Origin: Asterias rubens
Lineage: Eukaryota
Direction: 5' to 3'
DNA length: 64,000 bases
NCBI RefSeq assembly: GCF_902459465.1
Contig: NC_047070.1
Location: 5,270,001-5,334,000 of the forward strand
A program made the position numbers and the translations under genes. Position 1 is the first letter of the stretch, and each line of letters opens with the position of its first letter. The notes beneath the pieces were generated by a model, which worked only from the letters and a program-made list of their open reading frames with translations, had not been told where the DNA came from and did no database searches. Positions 24,301-35,900 of the stretch are shown here, piece by piece.

Positions 24301-26327
24301 GAATTGGTTTTTGCTTACAAAACAGTTGCTGGCAGTGTAAACACTTTCAAATAAACTAACAAACCTCAGCCTGTAGAAGCTTGAGATCAATAGGCCTAGG
24401 TTCGATCACACATTTGCGTGACATCGATTAAAAAAAAGAAATGTATGAGGGATAAACTCCCATTGGGAATTTACTTTTATTTATTTCTCATCAAACGACA
24501 TTTCAGACAAAACTATGTCAAGGGATGTTTTCTACCATCATCATCATAAGACCGGAAGTTTTATGTAAATCTGTGATCTTAGACAAGATTTGTTCTTACC
24601 AATTCTGTAATGTTCCTATAATTAAGACATCGTGTTTAGAGAAAAGAAAAACAGAATCTGTAACATTTATTTTGTATCACTGATAAAATGTATTTAAAAG
24701 ACAATATCATGTTCACAATCATTTCCAACACAGCACAGTCCTAACACAGTCCAATAATAACAATAACAATAATAAAAAGACAAGTTCAAGCAAAATGTGT
24801 ATACATGTACTCAGGGGTGCAATTTATTATCTCACATTTTTCTAACAGTAAAACAAGTAACAAAGAAAAGCCAGTAACAAATTGATAAGGAACCAGAACA
24901 AAACTAAACATAATTTCTGATCGCAATACTTTGTTCAAAATTGCGTCTGGAACAAAACAACTTTACTAAAAAATGTCGCTCAGATGTTTAAGAAGCACAT
25001 TATGTATAGATGACCATTTCACAAATGACCCCTCAGGTTTTGACCCCAGCAGAGTCTTTATCAAAGGCTAAAGACTCAGCTTGTGGGCCAAAACAAGGGG
25101 CCATTAATGTTGCATTAGTATGCACCTGTGGTGGATTTCACAAAGAGTTAGGGCTAGTCTTATCTCGAGTTACTAGTCCAAACTTAGGACTAGCTGTACA
25201 TTTTTGATATCTCTTAACTCTTTGTGAAATCGACCCCTGATCTAATTAAAATTATCTTTTTAATTTCTTAAAATCTACAAACGTGCAACTTGCAAACTTG
25301 GCAACAAAAGTTCTGTAACAAGTTTTTTTTTTTAATACATGGTTGAACCAGTTACAGCTTGGATCAATATTTTTGGCTACGATAAAAACCTACATCCCTA
25401 AAAACCAAATATCAAAGACACACTTAAAAAACAAAATATCAAAGAAGTATGTTACACTGTTACTACCCCCGTCTTATCAGGCCTTTTATATTAAATTAAA
25501 ACAATCTCAACTCCTTAGGAGTATGCAGCACCGGCAGCCAAGATGGCCGCTGCTTAAGCATTCACATCAGCAATCTCTACTCTCACAATGAGACTCATTA
25601 GCCTTTTTGAGGTATGGCGGACACTATAGGTGTGCACTGTTTGGTTTGGGAGTAAGCAGACAATTTGAATTCATCATATCTCAAAATGGCTTGTTTCTTT
25701 GGAGATCTTGCAGAACCAGGGTAAAAGTTAAATAAATAGCACTGAACAAAATCCTCACTGCTTGTTTTGATTGCAGTTAATAAAATGAGTACGTGTTTGA
25801 ATGTCACGTTTACGCTACGTAATAACTACGTGCAACAACAAAAACTGAAAAACTGTAAAGCTTGTTTTTTTTTCTTCAGTTTGCTTAAACTTATTCAGCG
25901 ATTTTTCATACAGATACTTGTTCTGATATAGTGTACATATCCTAGTAGCTAGATCATGGCGTTTCATATAATGATTTTCCCTATTCATCAGGCACACTGT
26001 ATGCTGCTTTTACACGAGTAGACACTGTGTTCAGCTGAAAAGCTAACAAGTGACTTTTAGGCATTACTTGTAGAAAAACCCAAATCTAAGACACTTAGTT
26101 AGGCCTCTGGACCCCGACACCAGGTCCAATTTCATTTAGCTGCTGAAGCATCAAAAATTGCTTTATCATTTTCTGCTTAGCAAAAATGAGCAGCATACCG
26201 TTAAAAAATTATTTGGCTGGCAACCCTGATCTTGTAAGCAGAATTTTGTTGTGCTTCAAAGTTACTTTTTGTGCTTTTAAAAGCAGCTCTATGAAGTTGG
26301 GCCCAGCATCACATGCAAATATAGGGT

Positions 26328-26547
26328 GCGTTCGTTTAGCTTCCCTGGGTCATCCCCGGTCTGTTCGAAGGGCTCACCCAGGTCAGCCCCCCAGTGCCCT
26401 GCTTGTGGAGTGGGTCACTTGGGGGCTGGCCCCAGGTAAACGACGTCACTACGAGAGCGGTGAGTGGTCGTTCGTTTAGCTCTTGTCAGGGACTCACCCG
26501 AGTGAGCACCGCGGGGGAGACCCAGGGAAGTTAATCGAATGCACCCA
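26328..26547. mobile_element. MITE with GGGTGCGTTCGTTTAGCTTCCCTGGG termini
   Basis: Inverted match CCCAGGGAAGTTAATCGAATGCACCC at 26521-26547; downstream of the gene B stop. Confidence 0.7.
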
Positions 26548-26903
26548 CTGTTGCCAACGGTCTGCCATTTTGGTAGTTAAATTGCAAGTGAAGACAAGGT
26601 TAATGCACATGGCCCCTGAAATCTGCACTCCAAAGTATAGCACATAGGGAAACTGAATCTAAAAATGGCATAACTGACAATGTGGTAATGATGTCTGGGT
26701 CAACCCCCCCCCCCCCCCCAACCCAATGACATTTGAGGTCTGGGCCCAATTTCATAGAGCTGCTTCAGCAGAGAATTGTGATTAAAATGCTTCTGCTAAG
26801 CACAAATAAGCAGGTAAGCATAATTTTGTTGTGCTTAGCTACTTTTTGTGCTTAAGCAGCTCTATGAAATTGTTCCCTGTATATAGCACGGGATGGAATT
26901 TGT

Positions 26904-29900
26904 TTAATACGGTCTGCCTTTACCGCGTCGTTTGTTCCTATTCATGTTGTTCCCCTTGACCCAGTTATCACTGAACCCTCCTCCGCCCATGCCGCCCATG
27001 CTGCCCAGGTTGCCTCCCAGGTTGCCTCCCAGGTTGCCTCCCAGGTTACCACCCATCTGCTGGTCCATTAGGTTCCCGTATCCACCGCCTAGATCCATGG
27101 ACGTGTTCTGTTGTCGCTTGTTTCTGAAGCCTGTAATAGAACAACAACATTTATTTATTTATTTATTTCCAGGCAAACGGTATGTACAGAGAAATAACAG
27201 CACAGAGACCAACAAGCCTGCGAATAAACCAAAAAGCGAAAAAACATCACTATCTTGAAAAGCTAGTGGTTGGAAAGAGAAACTTTGGATCTTTATATTA
27301 ATGGTGGTAAAATAAATTAAGGTACATGTAATGTGCAGTCCCTTCAATTTGAGTGTTAAGATCCGAAACCATTTTCAACACAGGTTTTTGAAAATCATGA
27401 ATTCAAAGGCCCATATATATAACACCTTGTAAGTGGTTACAAGGTGCTACAGCCCATTATACAGCCAGTCAGAAACACCAGTGCAAACCCCTTCTTTCGA
27501 CAATAAGTCTAACTGGGTTCTTTTAAGTGATTTACACATCACACAGGACAGAACAGGGTCCAATTTCATAAAGCCTGTAGGCACGAAATTTGCTTAGCAT
27601 GAAATTTCTTCCTTGGTAAAATCAGGCTTACCAACTAAATTTCCATTTGTTGCATATTGCCCGTTACTGGTATTCAGCTGTTGTTTGCTTATCCTAAAAA
27701 TCACATGGAAATTTGGTTGGTAATCCTGTTTTTATCAAGGAAGAAGTTTCATGCTAAGCACATAGCTTTAGTGCGGTGAGCTTGACCTCTCAGCAACGCA
27801 CACCAAACCAAGATGGGACTAGACCCTACACTATGCTGATCTGAAACACCGTAGCTTTAGTGCGGTGAGCTTGACCGCTCAGCAATGCACACCAAACCAA
27901 GATGGGCCTAGACCCCACACTAAGCTGATCTGAAAACCATAGCTTTAGTCCGGTGAGCTTGACCGCTCAGCAACGCACACCAAACCAAGATGGGACTAGA
28001 CCCCACACAATGCTGATCTGAAACACCGTAGCTTTAGTGCGGTGAGCTTGACCTCTCAGCAACGCACACCAAACCAAGATGGGACTAGACCCCACACTCT
28101 GCTGATCAGAAACACCATAGCTTTAGTGCGGTGAGCTTGACCTCTCAGCAATGCACACCAAACCAAGATGGGACTAGACCCCACACAATGCTGATCAGAA
28201 ACACCATAGCTTTAGTGCGGTGAGCTTGACCGCTCAGCAATGCACACCAAACCAAGATAGGACTAGACCCCACACTCGGCTGATCAGAAACACCACGTTG
28301 GTGTAGTTGTGTCTTGCCTCGCCTTCAACCTCTGGGACCCGATTCGAATCCCACCGGGGGCACTACGTGGATTGGGTTTTCAGTCTCTGCTTGACTGCAT
28401 GGGCATTCTGTTTTTTTTTCCTCCCACATCTAAAACTGAAATTACTTCGTCATCTTCTCTTCTCGTTTGACTCTTATTAGAGCGTCGAGAATATTGATCC
28501 AGATCCAGATCCAGACCAGAGCTTGAGCCTCACCACCTCTACAATCAATCATCCTCCATGTCAAAACTATCCCACATCATTTTTATTCATGCGAGTTCTG
28601 CTCACCTTTCATCTGTCTCTGGTTCATGTTGGTCCCTGAAAATTGTCCTCCTTGCTGCCCGCCCTGCTGTCCGCCCTGCTGCCCGTACAGATTCTCAACA
28701 AACACCCAACCACCACCATCACCTTTACTCACTTGACCTGTAAGTGATTATGTCAAAAGTCACATGTCAAAGGTAGCATGTCAAAAGATCGCATGTATCT
28801 TCTGGAAAAACTTTTGGTCTTGAAGAAAGATTTGATTTCTGATTCGTTTCGGCCCCAACATCCAAAACATTTGATGACATCATTCTGAGAAAAATTGGTC
28901 TGTACATTTTTGTGGGGGAATGTTTTGATTCTCAGAGGACTATTTTAATGTGATAACTTTGAAGTTATATGACTCTTGCATAAAGTCTCTTTGACTGCAC
29001 AAGTGTATTGCTCCTTATGCTTTTTTTAGGAGCATGTAAATCATCTGTATAGTTTTATTTCTATTTTTTTTTCAGCAGATGTACAAGATTCTTACCCCAA
29101 ATCTACCTCTAGAAACATTCCATTTGGTTTTCTGGAGCATGGAAATCATTTGTGTATTTAGTTCTACCTGATTTTTTTTTTTAAGCAGATGTACTAAATG
29201 CTTACCCCGATTTTGGAGCCTACCTCTAGGAACACCACCTGCACATAAAATCATATGTAAACAGGATTCTTAAAGGCACTGGACACCTTTGGTAAATGTC
29301 AAAGACCAGTACTCTCATTTGGTATATCCCACAGGGATGCCAGTGACTCTTCCCTTCAGAGCCTGAAAAATTGTTTGAAGAAAAAGGGGTCACCGCCCCC
29401 CCCCACCCCAGACCCCAAAAACTAGAAAAAACAAAACAGCACTTTTTTAATAAAACATAAAGAAGAAAAACAATTCTCCGGCCAAATGAAATACGGAGCG
29501 CCGGAAATCTTTTTCAAAACTTATATTTTTTTCGGCCAGATGAAACACAGAGCGCTGGAAAAAATCGGGGAAAATTTTAAAAAGCCGGAATTCCGGCAAT
29601 AGCCGGAAAACTGGCATCCCTGATCCCAACATATGCATAAAATAACAAATAATGTGAACATTTTGCCTCAACTGGTCGCCAAAGGTGGGAGAGAATTATT
29701 TAAAAAAAAAACAACTCTGGCGCACAAGTTGCTCAACCCACCCAACATTTCACTGCCCCCTAATCATTAGTATACAGTCATTATCACCATACCTTTGACT
29801 GCACCTATACAATCATTATCACCATACCTTTGACTGGTCCGTAGGAGGATGCACTGCTTCCATAATAATCATCCATCAAGGAAGTCTGGCCCTGGGATAT

Positions 29901-32900
29901 AAAATCTCCCGACATCATACCGCCACCGAATCCTCCGCCACCTTGTAAAGACAAAGAAACGTCATCATTAGCACAACAGAAAGACTCGAGTGGTTCATTC
30001 TGCTAGTCCGACTACTTCGAAGTCAGAGCAAAAACTACAAAACTGCAGAAACTTGTTACATTCAACAGCTTTTTATACTAGCACAACATATTTTTACAAC
30101 AAAATACAGAACATATTAATTGATCATAACATTTACAATAAATCCATTAAAGGATTCGGGTACTTTTTCAAAATGTCCACAGATTTACATTCAACTAACA
30201 GGGTTTGAAGATAATGATAGTGGAAAGCTTCCCTTCAAATATTACTAACTAAGGTTGTGTTGTTTTTGTGAAATGAGTAAAACAAGTCACGAGACCAAAA
30301 TTATTTTAGCATGTAAAATCCCCTCAACCAGTTATGATATTATACCAAAACCATAGCATAACTGGTTAATACGTTTTTACACGCTAAAACTGAGACAAAA
30401 ATTATTACTTTTACTCATTTTTCAAAAACTACAGCACCTCAGTAAGTAAAATTTCAAGGGAAGCTTTCTTCTATCATAATCTTCAAACTGTGTAGGTTTA
30501 ATGTAAATCTGTGGACATTGCGTTTTTTGTTAGTACAAGTACATTTTCGCTTTAAATAACAAGGTAGCGGCTTAGCGTGTAGCATGGCAAACAACTTGAC
30601 ACACTCCAACAATAAGGGCGAAAGTGTCAACTGTGCAGGTGCACAACGTGAACACAATGATCTTTACAATACATTGCGCACTTGTATCAGCAGTATCACA
30701 TAGGCCTAGCAGTGAAGCGCACTGCCAACTACTGATAATCTATACCTGATAAATCTATAATTAATTCCTTTAGATCTAAGTGTAGTTTCACAACAAAATC
30801 ATAAATTGTGAACTCACCCTGTCTTGCTGGTCCGTTATAATACCCGTCATCATAATGCTGAGCTTGGTTTCTTGCTGGCATCTTGCCAAATCCTCCTGGT
30901 GAGAAATTTAAAAAAAAGTGAAACAATTTTTTGGTTTACTCTGGTTGGGGAACAAACTTACTCTTAAAAAAAATGTATCAAAGTTCGCCCTAAACATGGC
31001 TTAAGCCACTCTTGGTAAGCAGTTACAAGAAGAAAAACTACTAAATTTAAAAAATAACTCAGGGAGCTGAAGTTAGGAATTGATATTCCTCTTCAAACAT
31101 TCTAGATTCTAGGGAGTTCCAAAAAGATGCAGAAGGTCGAATGGCTCCTCTTCATAAAAAATGAACATTCCATACACTATTGATTTGTTGAGATGTAGAA
31201 CAATAAGCCATTCAACAGCTTTATTCCACGTACTGCATCTCTTTGGACTCCTTGCCTGGCGCATGTTTCCCTCCATCCTACAATCCAGACTGTCTTGAGA
31301 TGAATGTTAATTCCTACCTTCAGCTCCCCTGAGTTCTTTTCACATCAAATAACGTTTATTTTTTTAGCTCCATACTAAGAACGGCGTTTAGCCTTGTTTG
31401 AGGCGAACTTGCATAAATAAATTTAAAAACATTAAAAATCCTAATTGTTTTTGTGGTAAGAACGATGCCAACTCACCTTGCCTCCTGTCATTAGCGCGTC
31501 CTCGTCCCGCCCCTTTTCCTTTAGCGTTCTTTGCGGGCCCTGGTGAAGTATGGATGTCCTTTAGTCGTTTGGGATTGGCAGTTTGTGCACCTGATTTAAA
31601 ATAAAAGTGTTTTGGGGTTTACAATTCAAGTGAAATGGAGCGGGCGATTTCTCTGGATTTCTTTCTCAACCCCTTTGAGTTTTCGAATGTTCTTAAAAAA
31701 AGTATGGGGAGAAAGAAATAGTATAGATTGTGTCGGTATTTTTTTCATATCTGGTGGTTCACAGATTCAGCTAACCTCATGAATTGTAACATTTGAGATA
31801 TTCTGCGCCTAGAGTAAGGGGAAACACTAGCCCACAAGCTAATTTCAGGAACTTTAAACTTCTGAAAATCATCCTTACTGAATGGCTCACAATTGACCCT
31901 AGCAGTTACTGCTCAAAGATTGAATGAAAAGTAGACATATATATGCATTGTGCCAAATGATTGAACACTACTGTCTCATTTGTTGTTTGCAATGTGCTAT
32001 TTTTGGGGACATTGGGAGGCAGCAGACTTGGGAAACATGTTTGTTTTCTTGTTTTTTAACCACTAAATGCACTAAGTTACATAAGCAAGCCTCCCCACCA
32101 CTAAAAAATAGTAAAAATAATATGTTGCCTCTTGTCTCCTTAATTGGGTGACAAGTGAATTCAAATAACAAAATGGCATCAATTATTAAAGACTCTTGTA
32201 GATCGCTTCAACTTGATATGAAATATAAAGTGATAAGTACAGCTTGTATCAGGCCTGTGAGCGGGTCATGAAAAAAAAGCGGAAAATTGTTGTCCGGATT
32301 TTGGGCCAGCACTACGAACGTAATAATAAATAATAATAATAATAATAATAATAAGACTTGTAATGCGCACATATCCACCCTGCTGGGTGTTCAAGGCGCA
32401 GTAAAACCAAAAACAAAACAAAAACAAAACAAAAACAAAACATAACACAAAGAAAAACAGACACAAAAAAATTAGTCATTGAAAACCTGTGACATAAGAT
32501 AAGTTTTGAGAAGAGACTTGAATTTTGCAGTACAGAGACAAGATCGAAGATTAAGTGGTAGAGAGTTCCATATGCGTGGCGCGGCTGAAGAAAAAGACCT
32601 GTCACCCCATGAGTGTCGAGACTTGGGTTCAATGAGGAGAAGCATAGAACTTGATCGAAGACTCTTTGATGGAGTGTAAACTTGAAGCAGTTCAGAAATA
32701 TAGTGGGGAGCCTTGCCATTAAGAGCTTTGTGGACAATGAGCATCAGCTTGAAGATGATTCGGCTTTAATTAAAAACTGAAGCGTAGACAACACATTCAC
32801 AGAAACATAGGCCACAATTCTTACATGTAACAATGTGTTGTACATCATCATTTTCAAGACATTTTTGTAGCATTCTTTTAGGAATAAATCCACAAGCGCG

Positions 32901-35900
32901 ATAAGTCCTCGTCGTCAACTGTCATATATTTTACTTGTCGCAAAAAAACACACACCGTACATACACAAAACGTGCGTCGTGTGGGGGAAAAACCATGTGT
33001 GCCTAATCTTGTCTCAAGGCATTGGCTTTTTAGTAAAGCGCCCTCTATTGGTGCAATGGAACAATGACATTGAAGTACATGTAAAATAGACATCGCGCTA
33101 AACAAAAAATTAACAGCAACGGCTCCAATGAAATACCAACACGGAGCATTTACTGGGTCTAGCCCCCGACTCACATGTCAAAATCAAATCGCAATTAAAG
33201 TGCTTCCCGATTCCAGGTACGTGCTGCTTGACGATCTATTATGGATGTTAAAAAAGAAGAAGATAAAAACGGAAACGAGAAAAAAGCGGAGCCCGCAAGA
33301 AAAACAAGGAACGGAAAAAAGCGGAACCCAATAAAAATGCGGACGCGGAAAATTAAAAAGAGCGGAAATCCGCTTTAAAGCGGAGATTTCACAGGCCTGT
33401 TGTATAGTGCATATTATTACCTTTTGATTTGTTGGCATTTTTACTCGCATTGTTGGCCTTATTTTTTGCCTTCTCCAGTTTCAGCGTCTTTAAGCTCGCC
33501 TTCTCCACAGTCAGCCAATACTTCTGGATGCAGTGGTCATGTACTTCTGTAAAAGTTAGTCACGTTCAAAAAAGAAAACAAGAACAAAATAAGTGATAAG
33601 AAACAAATAAAAAAATGTTGGAATATTTAATCTAGACGGTCTTGTTAATGAACAAGATCATAAAAACTGTCTCGGCCTTCAGGGCAAGCATCAATGCAAG
33701 CGAAAAAGGCTCCACTATCTTAAGGTATGTTCAAATTATGTCATTTCCACCTTTTTTGGTAACCCCTGGAGTTATAGTTTTCGAGGAGCTTCTGGGAACA
33801 GTATCCTTAGCAATAGAGATGTAGATCAAAGACATTTTGTTTTTTCAGACAAAAGTGGCACAGCTTCTGACGGGTAACGCAAAGATATTGACAAAATAAG
33901 GATACTGCCAACATAAGGCTTAGATAGCTCAATTGGTTATTAACTCGGAGGTCACAGGTTCAAGTAGATCTACATGTATAAATTTTTTCTTTCGAATCTG
34001 CAGAAAACAACAGCCTTCCTATATAATTTTAATACAGGTAATCTTAATTCCGAAGTCAGAGAAATGTGGAGTGGCTTCCGACAGGTACCCTCGCACAATG
34101 AACTTGACAAAGTAGAGAGTCCGCCAACATTTAGGGCTACATGACTCCCTTTGTTTAGCATCAATACTTTAATCGAGAGGTTCAAGTCCCACTCCAGCAA
34201 ATTTTTGTTTGTTTTACCCCCAAAAAACCAATCTATTAAGCTCCGCCTCTTTGCATATTGACCAATCACAACCCATTGCGCCATCAAAATTCTGACAAAA
34301 TAAAGTCCGACATGCGTGCGCGTGCGTGTATGCTTGGCACGCACGGCAGAGTTGTGCAGAATGGCATTGGAGAGGCTCACATGTTTTTGCTCACATGTAT
34401 GCCGTGGGCAGAGCCCAATGAATTGCTCTATTGTCAAGAAAAGAATTTCTCCTTGCTGTAATACTCACGTGCAAGTTTGTCAGCATCTTCAGCTCTTTCC
34501 AAAGCGACGATAGCGGTGCCCTCACTCTTCTCCATAGTGAGAAACCTAAACTTAGCGTGACTCTTGAAATACGCCATCAGATCGTCCTGGGTGAGAGGCG
34601 TGTCCTTGAGACCCGAGACGGTTACCAGTTTGTCTGATGCACTCTCAGCATCTGGCTGGCCCTAAAGAGAATAAAAAAGGTGACCACTATAAGCATAGCA
34701 TTGTTTGAAACTATTAATAAGGGATACAACTGTGTGTGGTGAAGAGGTTTTCAACTAGTATTTAAAACTCGTCGAGGCCTGGTTCTTAATAATTTTATTG
34801 AGACAAAAGCGAGGTAAATTATCAAGAACCAGGCCTCGGCGGGTTTAAACCACTAGTTGAAAACCGATTCAACACACTTTGATTCTCATTTATAAATACC
34901 TTTTTGGTCAAACAACATCAACACTTTTTAGTCAAAAAGTAAAACTAATGCATAAATTATAATTGTTCAATGATTTCTTCAACACAACACCCCTCCAGCT
35001 ATGAAATGGTAAAGCCCTCGGGTAAACAACTCCTTATTTAAAAGGAGATTGCTGTGGGCGGTCGGAATGAAGAAACTGTCTTTTAAGCACAGGTGCAAGC
35101 TCGCGTTTCATGCCCAAGTTTCAACACTTTTTACTGGTGCTATATCATCCGTTCAAACACCCCCACGTGCTGCCCTCTCAGAATGGATAAACTGTCTTAG
35201 GAGTTGATGAATAAATGTTCATAAATACCTCAGACAGTTTCGCTATTCCTATTGGTGGGGAGCGCGTCACGTGGGGGTGTTTAAACGGTTGACAATGACC
35301 AGCTGGAGCTGTTTATAACCGGTTGTTTTCGGATACGTTTGTGCTGGCTAGCCCACAACCTTGTTCACATGGGCGATCGATCTTGCCGCGCCATTTAAGC
35401 CCATGAATACGAAGATGCATACTACACGCCGAATGCATATCCGAAAACTGTCTCACTCATAAAAAATGCAACACACGTACAGAGCTCAAGGCAGTTCAGT
35501 CGTCGCGACACTTTCATTCCCTTAGTACACTTGCAAGTACAACCATGTGTAAATCTTTTTTGTGGGAGTGTTGGCTCTGAGAAGTGTAAAGAGCCAGTGT
35601 GGGCTTCACGTTTTGATTAGTATGCTCCTCTTCGGGAGAATGCTGGACTACTGGCGGTGGTGGAGCTTAAGTATTGCTTGAGGGATATCGTTTGGGCCTG
35701 AAGGGTCCAAGTTTCAAATGTAGGAAGATTCTACAATGATAAAACAGAACACTCATAGACAACCCTCAAACTAAATTGTCTTTAAAATTTGGAAATGATT
35801 ACGACCTTTTTGTTTGAAGGCACTAGAAACGTTTGGTTATTTTCAAATACCATTATTTTCACTTGGTGTATTCTGACATATGCATAAGATAACTAATCTG

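Noticed and set aside
27763-28295. CRISPR-like array or tRNA gene cluster
   Set aside because: Units are contiguous with no unique spacers, there are no cas genes, and the context is eukaryotic; the tRNA likeness comes from a SINE head with a degenerate B box.
32878-33174. Possible zinc-finger/transposase remnant (FCVCTVC) inside the 1.15-kb CAGG element
   Set aside because: Too short and not convincingly matching a BED/TTF finger or DDE core; cannot be supported without a search.
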